Shown: positions 1-7,525 of the stretch, piece by piece | Numbering within the stretch: the stretch's first letter is position 1 | How the letters are laid out: the number at the start of each line of letters is the position of its first letter | Source of the DNA: Planctomycetota bacterium | GTDB lineage: Bacteria; Planctomycetota; SZUA-567; H5-PLA8 | Direction of reading: 5' to 3' | Length of the DNA stretch: 64,000 nt | NCBI GenBank assembly: GCA_038227875.1 | Contig: JBBRPR010000036.1 | Location: 1 to 64,000, forward strand | Notes under the pieces: model-generated | Databases searched by the model: none | What the model was told of the DNA's origin: nothing | What the model saw: only the letters and a program-made list of their open reading frames with translations | Position numbers and translations under genes: made by a program

Positions 1-98
1 ACAATCTGATTCTATTCCCGCTGCGGCACCGTCACGCGATTCATAACGCCATATATTTTGAGAATCAATCCGCGCCGTTCACACTTTCCCGCGCCGAT

Positions 99-1130
99 TT
101 ATCTGAGACTCACAACGCTGAAGTACGTGATTCCCGACAGCACCAATGTCGAAATTCTGGCCACGTCGATGCAGTCGATGCACTCTTTCCGGACGGCGAG
201 TTCCACGGCCGTCTCGATGATCACACTTTGTTCCCGCGGAATTTTTTCGTTCTTGGGGTTGGGCAAGGCGATGGAGGGACCCCGCTGCAGTTGCTCCAGC
301 AATTCGGGGGAGTCGATACGCATGTCCTTGGTCACAACGCATTTTGTGAAGTCGGCGATCATCGCTCGGCGAATGATCGGCTCATCAAAGCCCAGTCGTT
401 CGATCAGCGTGCCGCTCGCTTTTTTGTAGTTGGTCTCAAGGATCGGCGTGGCCTCGGCGCGGAATTCGTTGTTCTCGATTTTGATGGATTTGCTGCCGTG
501 CAGCAGCGTCTCCAAGTCTCGCTGTGCCGCCTTATCCATCCGGGAACATTCGTTCATCCAGACAAACGGCATTTTCATAACTTCCGATTCGTAGACCGTT
601 TGTCCGCGCGCGTCCTTCCTTTCCAACATGCCCCGCGGACGAACTTGCATCATCTTCATTTCGATGGATTTTGGATCGATCTTAAGCAAAGCGCACAAAG
701 CCTTCACGACAAAGCTTTTAAGTCGCTGTGTGGCGCCGGCCAAAATCATCGAGACATGCAGGTCCTCGACAATCTCGGCCTTCCGAACGCCGATGGCCAC
801 GATTGAAATCGCCAGCGAAGCAGTATGGAGGGGGGTCGGCATCAACTCGATTTGGGGCCAGACACGGTTGAGCGCGGACGGCGGGAAGTGTGAGAAATCG
901 ACGCCGTCGATGGCCTTAAGTCCCGCTTGGCTGGTCACGAACAGCTGATCCTGACGATCCATCAGACCCTGTTCATGGAGTTTCAACAGCCACCGATGAC
1001 AAGCGCTGCGGCTGACGCCGGAGCGTTTGGTAATCTCGTCGAGCGTCCCCGCCGAGGTGGCCGACTTCAGAATTGCGACGCGGCGGCTCTCGTCGGTGGA
1101 AACTTTGGACGGTTCGGGTTCCGTTTTCAT
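99..1130 (-). CDS. N-terminal HTH plus MCM/MoxR-like AAA+ ATPase with deviant Walker motifs; putative element replication protein
   Basis: HTH TLDEITKRSGVSRSACHRWLLKLHEQGLM; Walker A-like MILAGATQRLKS; Walker B-like FVWMNECSRM; sensor-1-like ILETN; Arg-finger-like FDEPIIRR. The start overlaps the upstream stop (ATGA, 1127-1130). Confidence 0.65.
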   Translation of the reverse strand: MKTEPEPSKVSTDESRRVAILKSATSAGTLDEITKRSGVSRSACHRWLLKLHEQGLMDRQDQLFVTSQAGLKAIDGVDFSHFPPSALNRVWPQIELMPTPLHTASLAISIVAIGVRKAEIVEDLHVSMILAGATQRLKSFVVKALCALLKIDPKSIEMKMMQVRPRGMLERKDARGQTVYESEVMKMPFVWMNECSRMDKAAQRDLETLLHGSKSIKIENNEFRAEATPILETNYKKASGTLIERLGFDEPIIRRAMIADFTKCVVTKDMRIDSPELLEQLQRGPSIALPNPKNEKIPREQSVIIETAVELAVRKECIDCIDVARISTLVLSGITYFSVVSLR

Positions 1131-1681
1131 TCTGGGGTTCCCTCATAGGCCATCCCACTTTCCATCCCAGTAGTTGAAATGGGATGGGACGGGACGGGAG
1201 CCAGTCTTGAGCTGTCGAGAAAGTCAATCAAGGACAGGGGCGTCCAGTAGCGGACATGGTTGCCGGTGACAAAATAGATGCACCCTGGTTCCGTTGCGAT
1301 GAATCGCCCATTTAGAGGGCGGTTGTGGATGAAGGCCTCAATCATGTCTGAGGGAATTGACGCCAGTCGCCCGCTAGACGAACGGAATTGTTTCGCCGCG
1401 ACTTCGCCAATAAACACATCACCCAGAAACTGCCAGGTTTCGTCAGAGAGCGGCGTCTGAAGCCCCTCCAAACTACGCCGCAGGAGTGCCAGTTCCTGTT
1501 TCAGGCTCTCGGTTTGTACCTGCAGACTTAGTAGCGCCAGTTCCGTTAGGGCAAAGGATGAACCTGGCTCTTCATTTGGAAGTCCAATTTTAAAATTTTT
1601 AAGCGCTTCACGTTTAAGGATATCCCAATATTTTTGTAAACTTGGGGCCACGCCGATCGCCTGAGACCAGGTTTTGATCAT
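1127..1681 (-). CDS. Hypothetical island protein (184 aa, MIKTWSQ...), short coiled coil
   Basis: The ATG at 1681 has a GGAGAG RBS and overlaps the TGA of 1678..1944. Its own TGA overlaps the next ATG. The track's 1960 start is probably too long. Confidence 0.65.
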   Translation of the reverse strand: MIKTWSQAIGVAPSLQKYWDILKREALKNFKIGLPNEEPGSSFALTELALLSLQVQTESLKQELALLRRSLEGLQTPLSDETWQFLGDVFIGEVAAKQFRSSSGRLASIPSDMIEAFIHNRPLNGRFIATEPGCIYFVTGNHVRYWTPLSLIDFLDSSRLAPVPSHPISTTGMESGMAYEGTPE

Positions 1682-1944
1682 GGAATCTCTCCGTCGTTGT
1701 CGGTTAGCAGAATTGAAAATTTCGCACCCGGAAATTTTCTCAGATGGACTGAAATCATGTCGACCAACTGCGGGACAGTCGTGCATTCCACACGCAACCC
1801 CTTGTCGCTGGTGACGATGAATTGCCCCGATTCGCGCGGCAGGGTGTCGGGTTCGGCGGTGGGCGAAATATCGTTGGCGAAATGGCCAATGCCTCCAACC
1901 GAGGCGGCATAGCCCTGCAGATTTTCGGTAGCTTGTCGTCGCAT
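1678..1944 (-). CDS. Small hypothetical island protein (88 aa)
   Basis: GGAG-like RBS upstream of the ATG; ATGA coupling to the next gene; first gene of an apparent 3-gene operon. Confidence 0.55.
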   Translation of the reverse strand: MRRQATENLQGYAASVGGIGHFANDISPTAEPDTLPRESGQFIVTSDKGLRVECTTVPQLVDMISVHLRKFPGAKFSILLTDNDGEIP

Positions 1945-2029
1945 CCCATCTCCGCCGCATGAAACCTCGACGAAGATTACTAAGAGTGGGATGGTGAAAG
2001 GCTACTAACGTTAATAAACCTGATAGGTT

Positions 2030-2887
2030 TTATGGATTCAATGGCTTGCGATGGGCTATGTAGCTGGGATTGAGGGAAAGTCTCCCAGCACTCGATTTTG
2101 TTTTTCTTCGATAGGAGAGGACGTCAGCCGGGGCACCGGCAATCGCCAGTTTGGTGCGCAGGGATGAGAGCAGCATGCGCTCCGCACTAGTGGCTTCCGT
2201 CAAGCGTATCAATGGCTTGCCTTTCAGATCGTAAACGCTCGTCAGGAGGCGTTCTTCATCCGGCTCCAGAAACAGCTTCGCACCATTAAAATAATACGCT
2301 TCCTCATACCAAATGAGCTGCATCTTCGGCGCAATAACTGTTCGCAATAACTTTTCCCGTCTCCGGGCAAAGTCTGGATCCGTGAAATGAATATCAACGA
2401 ACTCTCTGCACTCTGCAATCGTCTGCAGCGCTTTGTCCAGGTTCTCACTAAAATAACAACATATGAACGCAACTTCTTCCATCCTCTCCAGCGTTGTAAT
2501 CACGATCTGGAGGTTATCTTTCCAGCACTTCTGCCGCGCATAAGCGCTCGGCGGGAGGCCTCGATTCACCGCGTTTTCCATTAACTTAAATATCGCCGGC
2601 AGCGCCCTCAATCCGACATCCGGTCGAAGCAGGACCGGTTGCTGATACCGGGGTTCAAGCAAATAATGACTGCGTAGAAAGGAAAAGGTCCGATTGGCAT
2701 CGTCTTCATAGCTCGCTTTCATGTTCTTGGTTAATGCAAGGATTTCTGTTCTCGCTTTCTTAGCCGCCCCTTTTTTCACTTCTCCCAGAGTTAGCTTTGC
2801 AAGTCCCTCCGAGATTTCTCGCAGCGATTCCAGATACTTTCGATACGTGTGGAGGGTCTCGATCAGTTCATTCTGCGTGGGATCCAT
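2030..2887 (-). CDS. Hypothetical protein with probable C-terminal OmpR/PhoB-type winged-helix DNA-binding domain
   Basis: The C-terminus YFNGAKLFLEPDEERLLTSVYDLKGKPL...ERMLLSSLRTKL...SYRRK..GRLSL follows the Trans_reg_C pattern. AT-rich codon use; no receiver-domain motifs. Confidence 0.5.
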   Translation of the reverse strand: MDPTQNELIETLHTYRKYLESLREISEGLAKLTLGEVKKGAAKKARTEILALTKNMKASYEDDANRTFSFLRSHYLLEPRYQQPVLLRPDVGLRALPAIFKLMENAVNRGLPPSAYARQKCWKDNLQIVITTLERMEEVAFICCYFSENLDKALQTIAECREFVDIHFTDPDFARRREKLLRTVIAPKMQLIWYEEAYYFNGAKLFLEPDEERLLTSVYDLKGKPLIRLTEATSAERMLLSSLRTKLAIAGAPADVLSYRRKTKSSAGRLSLNPSYIAHRKPLNP

Positions 2888-2961
2888 GAAGGGTATCCTG
2901 TCGTAAGATTGTCCGCCGCGCCGTGGACCGTCGCCGTCGACCGCCCGTCACCCAAAAGTGC

Positions 2962-5040
2962 CTATCGCCAGCGAAACGGCCAGCGTTGTCCGGTGTCTTC
3001 GGAAGCGATGGAAATATAGTGCCGGTCGGCGATGGCTGGGGAATTGCCCATCATGCGCGCAATCTCCACCCCGCTGTACCCGCACATCCCCAGTATGGTG
3101 CCGAAGGTATGCCGCCACTCGGAAGGGCCAAATGTCCAATAGGCCCCGGCCCCGTATTGCTCTTTCGGTGCCCTCTGCCCGGCCTGCTCCAGGGACTCGG
3201 ATTGATCCGGTTGGGTTGTTTTGCAGTTGGGTTCGTTGCCATTGAGCTCCACAGCTGTATCTAAAGCCCCACCGGCTGCGGCAGCACGCCCAGAGGTCCC
3301 GGTTGACTGAGCCGCCCTCGCGGCGCGCCGCATCTTTTCCAGTTGCGGTACGTCGCATTGCAGGTCCTGGATCATGCCCATAAACATCCGGTCCTTGATC
3401 GCCCACGCGGGCAACCGGCGGTAGAGATGTTCAACGAACGGTTTTAAAGCCGGTTGGCGAGTGGAGCAGAGGAGCTTCAACCAGTCACTCGTGATGGATT
3501 CAGGATGGCTGTGTGCATACCGATCGAACAATTTCTCCGCGTCCTCATCGCCCGTTCGGGCCAGGATGACGAGTACCTTGGCGGTGGACTGAGGATCGGC
3601 GTCTTGGGCCGCGTGCAGAAGACTTGCGTTCAACGCAACAACCTGCGCTCGCGCGGGGTTCTCCTTGAATAAAGTGTCGATGGCATGGGTTCTAATGTGC
3701 GCATCCTGCTGTTCCAGTGCGGCGGCGGTCTGGACGATGTTCCAGCTGTCGAGGAACGCACTGCTGCCGGACCAGAGGCCCATTAAGGTCTTTTTGCGGA
3801 CGACGGAATGATCCAGCAGCGAAGGAAACAGCCAGGGATAGTTGCTCTCGCGCGTGTTCAAGTAGTCTTTCAGAATCGGCAGCAGCGTCGTGCGTTCGAT
3901 CGGCACGTTGCGCTCGCGGCCGGTCTTGGTGCCGACTCTCTTCGGTCCGGAAGTCCGGGCGGTGATGCGGAGATATCCCTCCTTCAGGTACACGTCGTCG
4001 ACCTTCAACCATTGCTGTTCGGCCCAACGGGGGCCGGCGAACACCGCCACGGCAACCCAGGCGCGCCAGTAAGGCCACGGCCGCAACCCTTCCAGCAACG
4101 CGTTCAATTCGTCCAGCCGCCGGACGGCGAGGATGTGCTCCGGAGCGCGCGAACCGCCGGCGAGTGTCCCGCAGCGGTCCATTGGGTTTTCTGACAGGTC
4201 GTATTCACGCACTGCCCACTTCCAGAAGATGCGCACGTACGCTTTGAGGCGGGCCCGGGTGATCATCGAGACGTCCTCATCGCTATTGGCGCCGCCCTTA
4301 TAATTCAGCAGCCATTCCTCAATCTCACGCGCGCGGACCCTGGCGACATTCTGCGCCGGACCGAGGGTCTGCACAAACGACTGCAAAGCACTGTGGACGT
4401 GACGGATCGTGGACGGCGCATGATCCACGGCATAGTTTTTCTCGAAGCGCAGTTGCGCTTCACCCAGCGTGGCCTTTACGTGGTGGTTGTGGGCGCGCTG
4501 GAAGCGTTCCAGTTGTGAGACCAGCGAAGCCTTTTCTCGCTCCAACTTGGCGGCGCGCTGTTCTGCGTCAACCCTCAGCCGACGCTCGTCGGCCAGTGCG
4601 GGGGAACTCTCTTCGATCTTGACGACATGCTTCAGAAATCCAGCCGCTGCGAGCGCGTCGATGGCCTCTTTTAATTTTGGCGTGAGCGTGTGGGTCGGGT
4701 CGGTGCGTTGGGGTTTTCGTCCCAGGAAGATCGAGAGCGAGCGCTCATCGAACGTGATGAACGCCGGATCTTCAGGCGCGAGTTTCCAGAGATCGGGTGT
4801 GTTGGCCAGCCGCTCGAGATCCCACGCGATCTTGCGTGCTTCCAACTCGTCGCGCGTGCCCAGTGAGCGGCTGACGCGCTGACCCGACAGGGGGTGCGGA
4901 AAGTTGACGACAAACCCCGGACGTCCGGTGGCCTGATAGGCGGAGATGTGTTGCACCGCGCGCGGCGTGGCGGTGCCGGAACGGGGGTTGGCGCGGGGCA
5001 AATTTCGGCTCGTTTTCACCGCTTTCAGGGTATCACCCAC
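2962..5040 (-). CDS. int: Tyrosine recombinase/integrase (692 aa) with large internal insertion
   Basis: N-terminal arm-binding-like RVSRSLGTRD; SAM-like region ending ENPM; Box I FAGPRWAEQQWLKVDDV; TKTGRERNVPI; WLFPS; Box II PSEWRHTFGT...IARMMGNS...RHY; adjacent to tRNA. Confidence 0.92.
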   Translation of the reverse strand: MGDTLKAVKTSRNLPRANPRSGTATPRAVQHISAYQATGRPGFVVNFPHPLSGQRVSRSLGTRDELEARKIAWDLERLANTPDLWKLAPEDPAFITFDERSLSIFLGRKPQRTDPTHTLTPKLKEAIDALAAAGFLKHVVKIEESSPALADERRLRVDAEQRAAKLEREKASLVSQLERFQRAHNHHVKATLGEAQLRFEKNYAVDHAPSTIRHVHSALQSFVQTLGPAQNVARVRAREIEEWLLNYKGGANSDEDVSMITRARLKAYVRIFWKWAVREYDLSENPMDRCGTLAGGSRAPEHILAVRRLDELNALLEGLRPWPYWRAWVAVAVFAGPRWAEQQWLKVDDVYLKEGYLRITARTSGPKRVGTKTGRERNVPIERTTLLPILKDYLNTRESNYPWLFPSLLDHSVVRKKTLMGLWSGSSAFLDSWNIVQTAAALEQQDAHIRTHAIDTLFKENPARAQVVALNASLLHAAQDADPQSTAKVLVILARTGDEDAEKLFDRYAHSHPESITSDWLKLLCSTRQPALKPFVEHLYRRLPAWAIKDRMFMGMIQDLQCDVPQLEKMRRAARAAQSTGTSGRAAAAGGALDTAVELNGNEPNCKTTQPDQSESLEQAGQRAPKEQYGAGAYWTFGPSEWRHTFGTILGMCGYSGVEIARMMGNSPAIADRHYISIASEDTGQRWPFRWR

Positions 5041-5093
5041 ACAACGCTACACAACAAAATTCACACAACAAAAAAGTCGCGAAAAAACACAAC
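5039..5093 (+). repeat. Four direct ACACAAC repeats, candidate integrase arm-type sites
   Basis: ACACAAC at 5039-5045, 5049-5055, 5063-5069 and 5087-5093, between the integrase start and the tRNA 3' end. Confidence 0.6.
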
Positions 5094-5164
5094 GCCGGCG
5101 TTTTGGGCGCCTGTTTTCATAGGAGAAAGGAGGGAAGTGGGTGAGTGGAAAGGAGTAGTGAAAA

Positions 5165-5237
5165 TGCGCCCTGGAGGACTCGAACCTCCGACCCGGTGAT
5201 TAAGAGTCACCTGCTCTACCAACTGAGCTAAGGACGC
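5165..5237 (-). tRNA. tRNA-Lys (anticodon CTT), CCA not encoded
   Basis: Reverse complement GCGTCCTTAGCTCAGTTGGTAGAGCAGGTGACTCTTAATCACCGGGTCGGAGGTTCGAGTCCTCCAGGGCGCA: 7-bp acceptor stem, D arm, GGTGA/TCACC anticodon stem with CTT, and GGTTCGAGTCC T arm. Confidence 0.97.
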
Positions 5238-5307
5238 GCTGAATGACTATCGATTTTTGACGTTCGAGATCCGACAGGAGTACCCTTTGCGGCTCAGAAC
5301 GGCGCGT

Positions 5308-5335
5308 ACTATAGCGCATGGCATAAAGCGCGCAA
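5308..5335 (-). promoter_or_regulatory. Probable sigma70 promoter of tRNA-Lys
   Basis: Minus strand TTGCGC-N16-TATAGT followed by a GC-rich discriminator (ACGCGCCG), ~70 bp upstream of the tRNA. Confidence 0.55.
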
Positions 5336-5537
5336 GTCGAACTCGCAAACTATTGCGCAGCAGGCTGAAAATAGCGCGATCTTCCACCTGAAGTACACCC
5401 CGGCCTCAGGGCACTCATATTCGGCGCACAAATTACAATTTTTCTCACACCGGGGCGGTTTCCGGATACTCTAAAGATACTGTCTGGCCGAGGATTCCGG
5501 CCCCTGACCCTAAAGCTGCTAACGGAGGCTTTTACCG

Positions 5538-7445
5538 ATGTTGCGTGCAGCGTTCTTCTGCTCCCTTTTTGCGGTTCTTTTGAGCGGCTCCGGGCTGGTC
5601 CAGGCGGCTACCACGTCGCCGACCAAGACGCCGGGTGTCGCCGATCCGCCGCCGAAAGCCCCGGAAGGCTTCACGCAGATCATTACACCCTCGTTCGTGG
5701 TTGAAACCGACGTCTCGCAGGCCTTCACGCAAAAAGTCGCCGGGATGGTTGCGAAAGCGGAAAGCAAGTTCAACGTCCTGTTCAAAATCAACGCCGATTA
5801 CCTCAACGGCGTCTCCAAGCAGTTCATCGATAACAAGTACCACATTCCCGGCACCTTCATGAGCTGGCGGCGCGCGTTTGTCGAAGTCCGCGTCTACAAA
5901 ACCGAAGAGCGCTTTGCCAACGAGTGGTTCGACCTGACCGGCGTCACCGACAAGCTGCAACGGCTGAAGCAGGGCATGCCCGGCGCCTACACCGGCCCGC
6001 GTTACGAGAAGGATTCAGAAGGCAAGAATGTTGGCAAGCCGATCCTGATCATCCGTTCGTTCCTGGCCAACCGCGACGACGACGAACTGGAACGCACGAT
6101 CCTGCACGAAATGGGACATCTCTACATGCAGGCATTCCTGCTGGAATACTTCGGCGCGCCGCCGAAAGGCCAGGAAGGTCAGAAGCGCGGCACGCCCGCG
6201 TGGCTGGGCGAAGGCACGGCCCAGTTGTTCGAAAACCGCTGGTCCAACGCCGCCAGCGCGCAGAAAGCGCGGCTGCGTCAGGAAGGCATGATCTACGAAG
6301 CGGTGAAACTCGGCGACAGCTATCCGTTCGAAGAATTCACCAACATCACCAACGCGCACAATCTTGCGGCCGTCGCCGGCGATCCACTAAAGGCAACCTT
6401 GAACTACGCGCAGTCGGCGTCGGTCATGGACTTCATGGTGAATGTGAACGGAGCGATGTTCTTCAGCTTCCTTGAAAATCTGCGCGCCATGAATTTCGAA
6501 AAGAATCTGGCCAATCCCGACAAGAACCACGTCGGCGAACTGTTCTCGTTTCAGAACGAATGTTTCAAGAAGGCCTTCAACAACGATCTGTCGCAGGTGG
6601 AGCAGTACTGGAAGGACAACGTCAAGAAGACGATGGAAGCGCAGTTGAAGAAGTCGCCGGAGCTCTATTACTGGATCGGCGAATATTATCTGCGGCGCGG
6701 CAAAGACAAGGCCAACGATCTGGCGCGCGCCGAGGAGAATTTCAATCTGGCGATGACCCAGGCGCCGAACAAGGGTGAAGGCTACCTCGGCATGGGCCGC
6801 ATGGCGATCCGCAAGCACGACGACGAGAACGCGCTGAAGGAACTCACCAAGGCCGTCGAGCTCATGCCGAAAGACGAAGACGCGTGGTACTACCTCGGCA
6901 TCGCGCAGGTCAACGTCGGCAAGCTCAAGGAAGCTGTCGAAAGTCTGACGAAGTCGGTCAAGATCTACCAGCTCAATCACGTCGCGCTGGCGGGGCTGGG
7001 CCTGGCGCAGTTCCATTCCGGTGAATACGAGAAGTCGATGGAGAATTACGAAAAGGCGTACCAGGCGTTCCGGAATCCGTACTACCTCTTTCAGAAGGGG
7101 CACGCCGCGTTCTTTGGCAAGAAGTACCGCGAAGCGCAGCAGGGCTTCGCGGCGTTCTGTGATTGGTTCCCGCAGGACGCGCAGGGGCAGATGTGGTATG
7201 GCCTGGCCGCGTGGCGCCTCAACGACAAGGATTTTGCGATCAAGAAGCTGGAAGAAGCCAGCAAGCTCAATCCGCAGGATCCGACGATCATGGAAGCGCT
7301 GGCTCGCGCGAAGAAAGGCGAGACGCTGACCTTCGCACTGGAGAAACCGGAAGTCGCCGAAGCCAAACCCGATCCGAAGAACACCGACCCGAAAGCCCCG
7401 GCGGAGGCCAAGAAGAAGCCCGACATCCGCATCGAGGACGAATAG
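5538..7445 (+). CDS. Secreted gluzincin-like (peptidase MA/DUF1570-like) protein with C-terminal TPR array
   Basis: Signal peptide; ILHEMGHLY (HEXXH) plus PAWLGEGTAQLFE (third ligand Glu) and YAQS; about 6 TPRs (e.g. EDAWYYLGIAQVNVGKLKEAVESLTKSVKIYQ); GGAGG RBS. Confidence 0.85.
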   Translation: MLRAAFFCSLFAVLLSGSGLVQAATTSPTKTPGVADPPPKAPEGFTQIITPSFVVETDVSQAFTQKVAGMVAKAESKFNVLFKINADYLNGVSKQFIDNKYHIPGTFMSWRRAFVEVRVYKTEERFANEWFDLTGVTDKLQRLKQGMPGAYTGPRYEKDSEGKNVGKPILIIRSFLANRDDDELERTILHEMGHLYMQAFLLEYFGAPPKGQEGQKRGTPAWLGEGTAQLFENRWSNAASAQKARLRQEGMIYEAVKLGDSYPFEEFTNITNAHNLAAVAGDPLKATLNYAQSASVMDFMVNVNGAMFFSFLENLRAMNFEKNLANPDKNHVGELFSFQNECFKKAFNNDLSQVEQYWKDNVKKTMEAQLKKSPELYYWIGEYYLRRGKDKANDLARAEENFNLAMTQAPNKGEGYLGMGRMAIRKHDDENALKELTKAVELMPKDEDAWYYLGIAQVNVGKLKEAVESLTKSVKIYQLNHVALAGLGLAQFHSGEYEKSMENYEKAYQAFRNPYYLFQKGHAAFFGKKYREAQQGFAAFCDWFPQDAQGQMWYGLAAWRLNDKDFAIKKLEEASKLNPQDPTIMEALARAKKGETLTFALEKPEVAEAKPDPKNTDPKAPAEAKKKPDIRIEDE

Positions 7446-7525
7446 CAGCCCGTGATCATCTCCAGGCCTGAACCGCGAAACGCCTTTACAGCCAGGCGTT
7501 TCACGGACATATTTGGCGTGATGAA

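Larger units (their letters stand above)
1..5165. mobile_element. Integrative element/genomic island inserted at the 3' end of tRNA-Lys; left end lies outside the window
   Basis: A tyrosine integrase starts ~125 bp downstream of the tRNA 3' end on the same strand. The genes at 99-2887 are visibly more AT-rich than the host genes and include an HTH-AAA+ protein and a probable wHTH regulator. The second att copy is not in the window. Confidence 0.8.

Noticed and set aside
1682..1960. N-terminal extension of the 277-aa ORF
   Set aside because: Overlaps the 88-aa ORF in another frame; the RBS and ATGA coupling favour a start at 1681.
2915..2950. CCGTGGACCG/CCGTCGACCG repeats after the integrase stop
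   Set aside because: Two short GC-rich words in a GC-rich genome; insufficient support for a site.
3150..3720. Intein or intron explanation for the integrase insertion
   Set aside because: No Cys/Ser start with His-Asn end, no LAGLIDADG motif and no recognisable intron structure; the frame is simply open.
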